Source: Moniliella sp. 'wahieum' (taxonomy: Eukaryota). From it: 64,000 nt of DNA. The first letter of the stretch is position 1. Every line of letters begins with the position of its first letter. The stretch covers positions 310,001-374,000 of the forward strand of contig RSEE01000011.1 of the NCBI GenBank assembly GCA_003971905.1, given 5' to 3'. The translations under genes and the position numbers were made by a program. Shown one piece after another: positions 38,231 to 50,039 of this stretch. The notes beneath the pieces were generated by a model. The model did not search any database. It was not told where the DNA came from and saw nothing but the letters and a program-made list of their open reading frames with translations.

Positions 38231-39836
38231 TATGGGCCAAAAATCCACACTCAAACAATTTCTTCGCGCCGGTAGATGCTTGCCTCGGGGTCCCGGTGGG
38301 GCAGTTTGTACCAGCGAAGATAGTAGGCGCGGGCGCGCTTGGGGACAATGTAGAAGACCAGAGAGCAGGCAGTTGATGGTGTATTGCATTGCACATGAGC
38401 TACAGAGGCTAGAGAACGTCCATTTCATTGGCAGACTTAAGAAGGCTAGGACAGGGGGAACGCTACGTCTAAACCGAACCGTTCATCTTGCGGGGTTACT
38501 TAGGGGCGCCACCAGGGTCAAGGAACCAGGGGGATCGCCAGGATATCAGGACCCTCCGGCTCACGCCATCCGGTCCCGTACCCTAGGAAGCGCGTATGGA
38601 CACGGAGGAACGTGGTTGACATCCGAGCGAGGAACCAGTTCCACTGAGACTTAGTAGCCAACTCCTTCCAATGCGCAAACAACTTGCTCGCCGTCTTGGT
38701 GCCGTAGTATCCTCGCGTCGTCAAAACCAGGGGAAAAACGTCTCTTGAGTGCTTCCCTGGTACTTGGCGTTCTTCTCGCATTCTGCTTGTTCAAGCATCC
38801 GAAGCAGCTCCTTCTCCCGGCGTTCCAAGGGGGTTGCGGTGCTCGCATGCACCACCCTTCGGAACGCGCTCTGCGCTGCCAGTGATCCCGTGTCACGCAG
38901 CGTGTGGTCGACCTCCATTCCTGATCCTCCGAGTGCTCCGGGTCCCATCACGCGGTAGTCAGTGCGCTGTGTCCTCTGTCTCCGGCCATCCTCGTCCTCC
39001 ACCATTGGTTCGTTGTGGACATGGGTGTCGGGAATGGAGCCTAGGAGCTGGAGAATGGGCTCCCGCACTGCGTCATGCAACGCTCCAAACTTGGCCTGGG
39101 AGCGAGTGCAATACATGATGTGCTCCAGCGAGGACATGACACCGCACTTGCACATGCTGCGCGTGGTGCGGCACAGCGTGCGGAGCTGGAGACCAACCTG
39201 GACCTGCTGGTCGGAGAGCCTGAGGTACGGGACGGACGGAATGGCGGAGAGCCAGTTGTGGCTCAGCGGGTTGCTGTGCTCAACCACGTGACGACCATCG
39301 GCAGCGTCCAGCTTCTGGAGCAGCTCCTGTCGACAATTCTCCCACATCTCGCGGCAGCGCTGGCGTTGCTTCGTAAATGCGTTGGCCTCTGCTGTTTGCG
39401 GTCCCGAACGGTCAACATAAGTGGTAATAAGATAGTCGTTGACCTCGTTGGCCGCGGCACGGGCGTGGGGCGCGATATACGAGTAAAGCGGGCTGCCGCA
39501 TCCTCCTAGTCGGAGAGGCAGGCTCATGAGCATGTCGAAGTGGTCGTCCTTGGCACCTTGGGGATCCTCGTCGCCCCGGATCCGTCGGAACTCCGTACAG
39601 ATAAAGGCATCGATCTCGGCCAGCACTTCGTCTAGCTCTCCTTCCATCTGCATGGTGCGGAGCAGGTGGCGCAGCTTGGTCTGAGTGCTGAGCCGCCATA
39701 GTAAGAGGCGTCCCTGGCGGGTGATGCCATCAAACTTAGGCATGTTCTTCCTCAGACTGGCCAGTTGGGCCCGGAGCCACGATAGACGACAGTCTACCCC
39801 TCCCACACAAGTGCCCAGAACCTGCAGAAATATTCC
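38227..39836 (-). mobile_element. 5'-truncated non-LTR retrotransposon with restriction-like endonuclease (CRE/Cnl1/MoTeR-like)
   Basis: RT C-terminal LQVLGTCVG, LMSLPLRLGGCG, WLSAIP...LRLSD..VQVGLQLR, zinc knuckle CKC-x7-H-x3-C, RLE motifs LHDAVR, RTD, EVD, EKNAKY, F.PLVLTTRG. ORF ends at 38518 after a frameshift. Candidate TSD CTACCGG at 38220-38226 and 39837-39843; 3' end ..ATAATAA. Confidence 0.85.
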
Positions 39837-40429
39837 CTACCGGCACCACTACACCAGTTGTGATGTCACAGACAAGAAGACGCGAGCGTTCGTTAGTAGT
39901 TACTCCCATCAGGATTCAGGTAGTACCGGTTACCGGTCGGGGCGATGGGGGGGTATTGGAATCACTAGCACTTCTCAGCACCCCCCGCTCTTACACCTTC
40001 CTATTTCAGTCCACACAACATGCGATGTGCTGAACACAGCATCCGATCCGACGCCCATATGGAGCTGGTGCCGCCCACCACACCCGGGGTGAAACAATGG
40101 ACCGATAGCGCCAGTCCCGAGGACCCGGTCTGACGCGTGACGTGTTGGTGCCCAACCTCTTTGGTTGGGAAATACTTCGAGTACTGAAGGCCACGCTGAG
40201 ACCATGCTGACTGTGTATGAGGACTGAATGTTCCATGTTCCAATCTTAACAAAGCCATGGATTTCCGCACAAACGGCGCGACGCAACAATGGGGAACGCT
40301 GGAAGATGGTGGTACTGAGTACCTTTTGAAGGGGGTGGGAGGAGCAGGACCAAGAGGGATTTGTCTATGTGCGCGTGAGGGAGGATGTAGGGGGGGGGGA
40401 TTGAGGAGATAGAGGGGAACACGAACGGT

Positions 40430-42200
40430 TCAAAGAACTAGCGCTTGATCTGCACAATCGACCACATCCAACAACAATTCCCACAAGCCATCCGTATCCA
40501 CTTCCTCCAGCACTTGCACATTTTTCCCGCCCTTGCCCCATGTGTCCTTGGGCTTGCCCCAAGTATGATAAAAATCCACCACCGTCGCACCCGAGGCCAA
40601 GCCTTGGCCCGTCTCAACCTCGACACGGTACCGTAAAGGGGGGAAAGTCCGACGCGGGTCGGAATAGGGTATTGGGCTCACCTCGGTGCTGGGGCGGGTG
40701 CGATCTTGGGGACTAGGGGGGTGGTCGCCCAGGGCTTCTGCTTTTCCATGAGCCGTATGGATCCCTGCCGCATGAGGGCCCATGTGGGTGGTCGGAAGGT
40801 CATACGTGTAGAACAGCTGCGGCTCCGCCACGTACACCACCGTCAAGAGGTCATGGACGGGAGGACCATACTTAAACCCAAAGTCATTGCAATAGGTAGA
40901 GGCAAAAAGTGACCGCCGAGGATACGAGCTTGCGCACGTTACTGGGCACGTTTGGACGCATGGGGGGGCGGGGGGCTTGGGACGTGGAGCCTGCTGGTCC
41001 TGCTGACCCGGCACCAGGTGGTCCGGCCGGGACATGCTGGAGCAGACGGTCATGCACCTGGGGCGTAAAGATCGCTTGGTGTGTCACGTTGAGGCCAGCC
41101 ATGACGACTTTGACCGGATGGTACATGACAATTGCAGTTGCCTCCGGGTCACACGCTGCGTTGAACTCCCCCAGGGCCCATCGGTTGCCTGCCGAACCTG
41201 CTGCTCCACCCATGATTACGATAGAGGCGACCGTGTCTGGCGCAACGAGCGCCGGGTGGAGCTTGATGAGTAAGGCAATGTTGGTACAAGGCCCCGTGAT
41301 GCATATATGAAGTGGGGGCGCAGCAGCGTTCCGACGGCGTCGGAGCTCGGTTGCGAGAGCCGCTACGACACGGTCGGGCGAAGCCGAAGGGACGGCAAGG
41401 TGAGGTGCGACAGGCTCGGTGTGCGTTTCGTCAGGCGTAGGGTCTTCCACTAACTGTGGGTCGTACCCAGCATACGAAGCCCATATCCGTTTGGCCAGTG
41501 TCGGATCGTCCAACGACGGCAGGCCCAGAACACCCCTAAACCATCTTGCCCATGAATCGAGGCGTCGTGCCGCACAGCTTGGAGCAGGGGGGCGTCAGCA
41601 CCACGAATTAACACGGGATACATCACGTCCGGATCATCACTAGGGGGTGTGGGAGGGACTCCTGCAGTAGTGCGGGTGGGGTCGGAAGCACGCGAGCGCA
41701 AGACCCAGTCGGCACCAACTGCAACCAAGACACGAGCTGCGTTAATGTAGGTGGCACGTCCGGGCGCATTCCCTGAGACGGTACTGACGCCAATGAGCCG
41801 AAGGGACGGGTGGTGAGTGGCCATGAGCAAGGCAAGCGCATCGTCATGGCCTGGGTCACAGTCGATCCAAACATCCTTCGTGGGCTGAATCGAAGCATTG
41901 TACTGCACCCTGACTGGCCCGCCGGCAGCTGGCGAGTCCGCTCGCCTGTGTGCATAAGATGGGTAAGCTGCGGCGGGCGGAAAGGCTCCCGTACGGATGA
42001 TTGACGAGGGGAACGGAGGCGACACCACCCTTGAGCGGGACTGAACCGGAGACAGGGACCGAGGGGGTTGGGGCCAACTCGGCTGGCTTGGATTCGGGCG
42101 AGACGGTCTTGCCGAGGCCGACGCGACTGAGGCGGCGCAAGAGGGACGACTTGACGCCATCATGCGTCGGCGAGGCAGACTCGGCAGACGAAGACAGCAT
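40430..42200 (-). CDS. Inosine/uridine-preferring nucleoside hydrolase (Urh1-like)
   Basis: VWIDCDPGHDDA (DxDxxxDD), GVSTVSGNA, IHGQDGLG, TGPCTNIALL, IMGG, EFNAACDPEA, GLNVTHQA, PPVHD, GATVVD. Start approximate. Confidence 0.92.
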
Positions 42201-43804
42201 GGGGCATGGGGCAGCTGGCGGCGGCCAGGGACAGGAGTGGTGCGGCAAGAACGGGAAGGATGATGGGGAGAGGGGGGATGGTGGGGAGATGGAGGACATA
42301 AACAGGCATTCGAACGCAGCCGGTGGTTGCGCCACGCAGGCGGCGGCGAGTGTGCGTCTCTTACAGCCGCATGGCAGCGCCGTCGCCCAGGCTCCTGGCC
42401 GGTGACCGGTGGTCAGGTGACTACCGGTGACTAGTGACTGGCGGGACAGCGATGGATGATGCATGCACCATGCATCCTGCTGCGAGGGGTGGCCGGTGGC
42501 AAGGGTGTGAATGTGAGCGAGTGGCCGGAAAGCGCTATATAAGCGCTACGCGTTAACCGAGGACCGCTGACCTCACCGCTACCAGAGATCGTTCGCAGGC
42601 GAGGAATAGGGTTCTCGCTTCCCTCTCAACTATTAGACTCGATCCACACTACGCCTTCCCTCCCAGCCCCTGCCCCAAGAGAAGGGCATTATTTTGGTGA
42701 TCCCGACGAGAAGGGAAAAGAAAAGGACGTGACATCAGAGGACACAGCTTTCAATTACACATCGGATGAGCACTGAAAACGACAAGAATCCGAACCAAAA
42801 ATGGGAAGTCTCATGTGGAGGGGCCTCTCTTGCTTATGCGTGCACCAACAGAAGATGCTGCGCGCGTCCGACAAACGAGATGTTATTGGGATGCATATAA
42901 CAGTGCTATAGTATAGCGAAAATAGAGATGGGACGGAGGTTCATCTTAGTATAGATGCGGACAACAATAAGCCGTGACAGAAACTATCACTAGAGTGTGT
43001 CATGTGTGTGCATGCCCCACCAACGCACGTGCATTGTGTATAGACGGTGCCATAACCAGGTGGGCACATATATAACTGTGCTATATATACGAGAGAGCAG
43101 AGAAGTCATAATATTAGTGGTGTTGATCCTATTGTCAGAGACCTATAACATGTGACAGAGGAGAGTCGGGGGAGGTTGAACAACTTTATTTCTCCCCATC
43201 TGCCTCATATATACATCCTCTGTCAGTTGCCCTACTAAACGCTATACATATACCCCTGAGACCCGGGCGCTGATGCGTATGTATGTAATGTGCTGTGTCT
43301 GCTGTAAATCGATAATCGCGATAACTGGCGCGAGGGGCATCGTATGGCATTTAAAAGAGAGGATGCGCATATAACGAAGCCACAGCCTTCGTAGCCTCTG
43401 AGGAGGCATGCGAAGGGTTTTAGACCTGAGGGGGCCCTGAAGAGACCCTAAACCCCTTTATGAATATACAAGTGGTTAAACGTTAATCGTCGGTCCTTAA
43501 TCGATCATATTGATCTCCGCATGACTGTGTAATGCTTCTCTCCTCTCTCATTACATTCTTGCCTGTATACTGTAGACATACACCGAACGGAAGCGCGACG
43601 TGATTTGCTGGTGGTCAACAGGGTGGCAAGGAGGGTGTGTGGGCACTCCCTAATGCTCCGATGCAGTTGATGAAAAAGTATTACGTTGCTGAGGCCCGGA
43701 GGGGCGTCAAAAAGCAGCGCAACCCATATGATATTGCGCTCGTCCCATATATATGGCTGCACTCAATGACTCTTCCACCCTGCAGTTGAATACGCTTTCA
43801 CTTC

Positions 43805-43833
43805 CCACCACCACCACCACCACCACCACCACC
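43805..43833. repeat. (CCA)n trinucleotide repeat immediately upstream of the tetraspanin ATG
   Basis: cccaccaccaccaccaccaccaccaccacc. Confidence 0.9.
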
Positions 43834-43835
43834 CC

Positions 43836-46270
43836 ATGGCTGAAGAGGAGCGTCTCCTGGTTTCCGACTTGCCTTTGGCGTACGTCTTTTCCTTTTTCTT
43901 TTCTTTCTGCCCATCAACACGCAACAGCCCCCACAACACAGTCACTAACCCCCCCCCCCTCCCCCCGTCCCCCCCCTCTCTCTCTTTCCAGAAACAGCCA
44001 GCGCCCTCAGTCTCTCCCCGCAAGCTATCTCTCATGCGAACCAACAAATTTTACGGCCCCACGTGTTCGCCACTCGGTCGCAGCAGGGGGTGCAACACAG
44101 CGGGTCTCCTATGCTGCCATGACCCCTTCTCCCACAGCTTCACCCCCCCATCTCGCCTCCGACGGCCCAGCCTATCCCTTTTCACCTGAAGAAGTGGGCC
44201 ATCTTTCCTTGGCTAGCCACTATTACTCGAGCAAGGTGGGAAGAATGCACCGCCTGGGGTCACGTCGGCACCGCGGATCGTCACCCTACATCGATCAGCA
44301 GCAACGCACTCGCTACCACATTGGCTCCTCTAATGACTCGGACGAGAGTGATGGAGAGTCACTGGTGGGCAACATATCATGCTCAACGTCAATCTCTAGT
44401 ACGCTCCCTAATAGGCTCTCCCACGTCTAGTACGAGGTTCAGTCTCCTCTCTGATGGGGGCGTTTCCGCCGTTCAGAGCGTCCCGTCAGCTTCCCTCCTG
44501 CTTCTCATAATAGCGGCACTTCCACTATGCCGACGGCTCCAAAGATAACGATGGAAGCGCTAGGCGCTATGGGAGACCTGTCCAACGTAACTTTACCTAA
44601 GCTCCCTTTGCTTGGTGGCCATCGCCCTCATCATACTGCCGAAAGTGGGATCAGTACCCTGGATCCAAGCCGGACCACGTCTATGGTCAACTTTAGCCAA
44701 CTTGACCCGACCCCACGGCGCGGCGCTGGAAGGGCTGCATGGGGCCCCAACGGCGGCGGCCACATTGTCCTCGGTGCAGGCGGATACGAGGATGATGACG
44801 GAATCAACTTGAATATCGGCTCTTTTGGCCGCACAACTGCCGCCTATCGTGCTCCCCGAGACGAGGAAGCAGGTTCGCTGCGTCGCCGAAATGGGTTTGC
44901 CATTACTACTGAAGATGCCATGGCAACCTACGGCGACGACGACGATGACGACGACGGGAAGAACAAGTCTCAGGTGGCCCAGCGGCTCTTGAATGGCATT
45001 TTAGGTCGCGGGGTGGACAAAGAGTACAGATGCAAGATGCGTTGGAACAAGTTCAAGGTTGCCATGTTGGTTAGCAACGCTTACTTGACGTGCATCGCCA
45101 TTGCCGGCCTGGTTGGGACAATCCTGACGTGGACCAATGTATGGAACCGGTCAGACATTGTACGTGTTGTGAACCGCACCGAGCTCATTTTGGGCACGAT
45201 CGCCATGTCGCTCTTACTGGTGACTTCCATCATTGGATGGGTGGGCATTCTGCTCAACAACCGAGCCTTTCTCTCTGTCTGGGCGCTTTTGCTCTGGGCC
45301 TGTTTTGCCTTCACTGTTGCACCCGGGTACATTGCTTACAAGCGCCACACGTTTAACCTCGATGGCAAAATGAACGAGGCATGGTCCCGGGACCTCGATG
45401 AGGAAAAGAGGGCCATGGTGCAGAATACACTTACCTGTTGTGGATGGTTCAGCCCCTCCAGAATAGCATCCGAGACCAACCTGTGTTATGCACGGTCAGT
45501 CCTTCCTGGGTGCAAGGGCCGAGTGCTCCGGTTTGAAAGGGCGGCGTTGCGATACATTTACACATGTGCGTTCAGTCTAGTTGGTCCGCATCTGGTTGTC
45601 ATTGTCGTCTCGCTCTTGTCCAGCAACCATGTGACCTATCGCTTTGGAAAGGGCGTCACCCCACGAGCCTACCATCTTACCCCAGCAACCGTGGCGCTGA
45701 TCCAACAGGAGTTCTATAATAATTTGACCGACATGTATGGCGCTGGGATTGTGCCAGAGTACGCGCTGTGCAGCAGCGGATGAGCGCTTTGTCGACCTTG
45801 AGCAGAGCGCAAACCAGTGTTGTGACCGTTCAAGATCGAACTCACCTCCTGAATGAGGGGGAAGAGGGGGGGCGGAGGAGGAGGAGGAGGGAGGAGGAGG
45901 AGGAGGAGGAGAGGAGGAGGCGGAGGAGGAGAGGGAGGAGGCGGAGGAGGAGGAGGACAACGAGGAGACTGAATTGGAACGTTCCAAGGGCAAAACGGTC
46001 AGAGCGGACTGTCGGATTCGGTCACGAAAAAAATCCAAGCACGCCACTGCTCATACCTACGATGAAACACCGGACGACGCTTCGGACGGCGTTGTATCCT
46101 ACAATGCTGAATCCGACGATGCAATCTCGGTGTTTCTCAACCCCACTTGCTGGCGGCTTCCAGCCGCACGGCTGGCTCCTCCTCACCCACGGGATATATC
46201 AGCTCTTCCAGCCTTTCTCTTCACCCTCACAGACGAATCAGGGCCATACGTGAGGCCTAGCCCCCCTTGA
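43836..46270 (+). CDS. Tetraspanin, basidiomycete Tsp2 family, with long N- and C-terminal tails
   Basis: Core ORF 44527-45783: RWNKFK, four TM segments, GILLNNRAFL, PGYIAYKRHTFNL.GK, QNTLTCCGWF (CCG), CYARSVLPGCKG, SNHVTYRFGKG.TP. First exon MAEEERLL plus intron 43860-43990. C-terminal extent uncertain. Confidence 0.85.
45857..45957. repeat. Purine-rich (GAG/GGA)n tract, probably encoding poly-Glu
   Basis: About 100 bp of gaggaggag with interruptions. Confidence 0.85.
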
Positions 46271-46893
46271 CGTCATCTACCTGTTGCCCCTCAGTTGAAT
46301 ACTACGTCCCACCCTCGTTCTCTGTATGATTTCCTTTGCTGTGATTGATGTTTGCTGGACGACCCTATGTGCTCTCTCATGGGGATACTGCGTTGTGTTG
46401 ATGCCCTACAACAGCGTATCCCCTCCTGATCTCTCTTTCTGCTGGGGTCCATCTGTTTGATGTGCGCGTATTCCGACTTGGACTTGGACCCGGCTGATCA
46501 CCTAGCTAGCTGACGTTCCAATGGATGATGAATGACGAGAAGAAGGGGCCGTGCCGCAGAACCGACAGGAGAAGAGAGCATTCGAGTGATGTGCTCATGT
46601 GCAAAAGAAGCTCCCTGTTGTCGCGGCGCGGGCTGCGTGTTGCTGCCTGGGCTGCGCGGCGCACGAGCCACGTGGTCCAGCCGCGCGGGATGATGAGACG
46701 ATGGATGATGGATGGTCACTATCCATGCGTCGGCGCTGGGCCACAGCCCTCCTGCCATTTCCTCGTGGCAATTCCACCCACGACCGCGCGGTCCGCTGTG
46801 GGGCGGAATGCGCGTGTATTTAACACGCCAGCGTCCCGCGTCCGCCCCCCGTTTCCTCTTCTCTCCCACCCCCGTTTCTGCTCCCCCCCAACC

Positions 46894-49802
46894 ATGGCAT
46901 CCCCGAGTCTGAGAAGAACCCATGGCTGACGCCTGCGCTCGCCAAGCCCACCCACTACGACCTGCTCATCAAGTCGGATCTGGAGCAGCTCACCTTTACT
47001 GGCCTGGTCACCATTTCCCTTGAGACGCTCGTTGACACGGCTGAGTTGACGCTCAATGTGGGTCCCAGCTGGTGGTCAGCAAGGCCCTGGTGGCCAGCGA
47101 TGTGCTGAAGAGCTCCACCTCCACCCTTGTGCCTTGAGCTCGACACGGACCACGAGCGTGCTACCCTGCGCCTGCCCCACACCCTTCCTGCAGGCAGCAA
47201 GGCCAGCGTGACGTTGCCTTTGGCGCCGAAATTGACAAATCGATGGCGGGCTACTACCGCTCCAGTTGGGAGCACAAGGGGCAGAAGGGCTTTTATGCCT
47301 TGACCCAGTTTGAGCCCACCTCAGCCCGCAAGGTTTCCCCTCGTTTGACGAACCTGCGCTCAAGGCCACGTTTGCGCTTCGCTTGATCCACCGTACCCAC
47401 ACGGTTGCGCTGGGCAACATGCCTGTGGCCGAGGCCAAGCCCGTTTCGGAGGCAGAGATCACTCAGTTGCTGCGTGCCAAGGAGCTGGAACTGGAAGAGG
47501 ACAAGATCGTGCCCCCTCGGATGCGACGCTGAAGACTGAGAAGGCCGAATGGGACTGACTCGGTTTGACGTTACGCCCATCATGTCGACCTACCTCGTTG
47601 CTTTGCCGACGGCAACTTCCTCCATCTCGCTTCGACCTACACCTCCCCCCTGACGGGCAAGACGGTGGACGTGAAAGTGTACACCACACCCGAATATTCA
47701 CCAGGCTAAGTTTTCGCTCGAGGTGACGACGCGTGTGATGCCCGAGTACGAGAAGGTGTTTGATATCCCCTACCCTCTTCCCAAGCTCGACACACTTGTT
47801 GCCAGTGACTTTGATGCGGGTGCGATGGAAAACTGGGGGTTGATCACCGGTCGCACCTCCATCTACCTCGTCGACGAGGAGAAAGGTGGATTGAGCGCCC
47901 GCAAGCTTGCTGCCAGCGTTCAAAGCCACGAATGTGCCCACCAATGGTTCGGGAACATTACTACCATGGCATCTGGGAGAGGTACGTTCTCTACGTTCTT
48001 CCTTCCCCCCTAACCCCTTTGCTCAGCCTCAGAAGGGTGGAAGCAATGCTAACGCAGTTCCAGTTTGTACCTGAACGAGGCTTGGGCCTCTTTGGCCGGC
48101 GAGGTGATTATCTTGGACCGTTGCTGGCCGGAATGGACGTCAGACCGTGAATTTATTGTGGCCCACTTGTCGCGCGCGCTCGAGTTGGACGCCAAGCGTT
48201 CTTCGCATCCGATTCAAGTCCCGCTCAAGGGCGAGAATGTCGAGGCGGCGATCAATGAAATTTTCGATGCGATTTCCTACTCCAAGGGCGCTTCGGTCCT
48301 GCGCATGCTGATGAAGATGGTGGGGAGGATGTGTTCCTGAAGGGTACCTCGATTTACCTGAAGAAGCACTTGTAGGAAACGCGAACCCGGAGGATCTGTG
48401 GAAGGGTATTGCCGAGTCGTCGGGCCTGGACATTTCCGCCATTATGGGCAAGTGGGTACTGAAACAAGGCTTCCCCGTTTTGACCGTCACCGAGACGGAG
48501 GACGCGATCCAGGTGCGCCAGAACCGTTCTTGGCCACGGGCGATGTGAAGCCAGAGGAGGACGAGACGTTGTGGTATGTTCCGCTCAACCTCAAGACGGT
48601 GGCACGATGGTGCGCCCACGGTGAATGCTGGCCTGGTGCTGAACGAGGAGCGGGAGACAACCATCCCGCTCAAGGGCGCTTCGACTGCACCCTGGAAGCT
48701 AAATGCCGATACGGTGGGAGTGTATCGGGTGGCCTACACGCCAGCCCGCTTGGCTCTGTTGGGTGAGGAGGCAGCCCGGGCCGATTCGGCTTTCTCGTTG
48801 GAAGACCGGGTGGGGCTGGTGAACGATGCGCATACCTTGGCTCGGGCCGGGTACGCCAAGACAAGTGGGACACTGACCCTGCTCAAGAAGATTGCGCGGG
48901 AACCTTCCTTCCTGGTAACTCGGCGGCGCTCAAGGCGTTTGCTGACCTCAACTCGGTGTGGTACGAGGAGCCCGAGGAGGTGCAAGCTGCGCTGAAGAAG
49001 TTCCAAGTCGATTTTGGAGCCCCAAGGCTCAGGCCCTTGGGTTTGAGGGCAAGCCGGATGATTCGGTGGACGTACAGCAGTTGCGTGCCCTGGTACGTAT
49101 TTCTTTTCTTTTTGCCTGTTGGCGTTTATCTTGGCATGATCATGGCAACCCAACTAACGACCTTGTGCAAACTTGATGATTAGGCAATTGGTGGTGCGGC
49201 GAGTGCGGAGACCCTTGGACTGTCAAGGAGATTCAGAAGCTGTACGCGGCCATGCTGGAGGGCAAGGACACGATCCCTTCGGACCTGCTTTCCCCCGTGT
49301 ACATGACGGCGGTCAAGTACGGCGGAGAGAAGGAATACGAGCGCTGCTCAACATCTACCGTGCCCCCCCCACGCCGGCCCACAAGGTGGCGAGTATGTAC
49401 GGCATGTGCGCGACGGAGGATGCAGCGCTACTGAAACGGACGGTGGACTTCCTGTATTCCGGGGAGGTGAAGGAGCAGGATTTTTGTACTACTTCCGCTG
49501 CATGTCGGTGCGTCCCAAGGCGCGGCGTGTGTTGTGGGCGTCGACGCAGGAAAAGTACGATGTTCTGGCCAGCCTGTTTGCCGGCAACTTTGGTCTGGGC
49601 CGCCTGATCGAGTCGTCGTTTGATGGCTTGGCAACGGAGAAGGATGCCGAGGAGGTGGAGACGTTCTTTGCTTCGAAGGATGTGCGGCGCTTCACCATGG
49701 CCCTTTCCCAGGGCTGGAGAGCGTCCGTGCACGGGCCGCGTGGCTGGCGCGGGCGCGGGAGGATGTACAGGCTTGGCTGACGACGATGGCTACCTGGCCT
49801 GA
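46894..49802 (+). CDS. M1 family zinc aminopeptidase (Ape2/puromycin-sensitive type)
   Basis: THYDL, GYYRS, LTQFEPT.AR, TPIMSTYLVA, PLPKLD, GAMENWGL, HECAHQWFGN (HExxH), YLNE, FDAISYSKGASVLRM, QGFPVLTV. Introns ~47982-48063 and ~49093-49183. Confidence 0.95.
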
Positions 49803-50039
49803 GCCTGGGCGCCTGAGCTAAGAGTCTGCCTGCCTGGGGCGCTGGTTTACACGGATGGTCTCCCTCGATCATCTAGATGTCGATTAGTGCTGGTCGGCAG
49901 GACTGGGACCGCTGTCAGCTGCCACTGACAATCTACTGCCCATTTGTTCTGCAGTCCCTTCCAAGCGGCTGGTCTTATCTTGCCGTGGCGGCACTGCCTC
50001 AGCTTCCGTCTGTGGGTTAGGGATGGGCGGATGCTCATC

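Noticed and set aside
38495..38506. TTAGGG as a telomeric target of the retrotransposon
   Set aside because: It is a single isolated hexamer inside the presumed 3'UTR, not a tandem tract.
39842..39860. tRNA A-box-like TGGTGTAGTGGT on the minus strand beside the retrotransposon 5' end
   Set aside because: No acceptor stem, T-arm or B-box is found on either side of the element, so it is probably chance.
42600..43500. Relatively AT-rich ORF-free region as ncRNA or transposon relic
   Set aside because: No terminal repeats, structure or coding remnants are recognisable. It is consistent with a divergent intergenic region.
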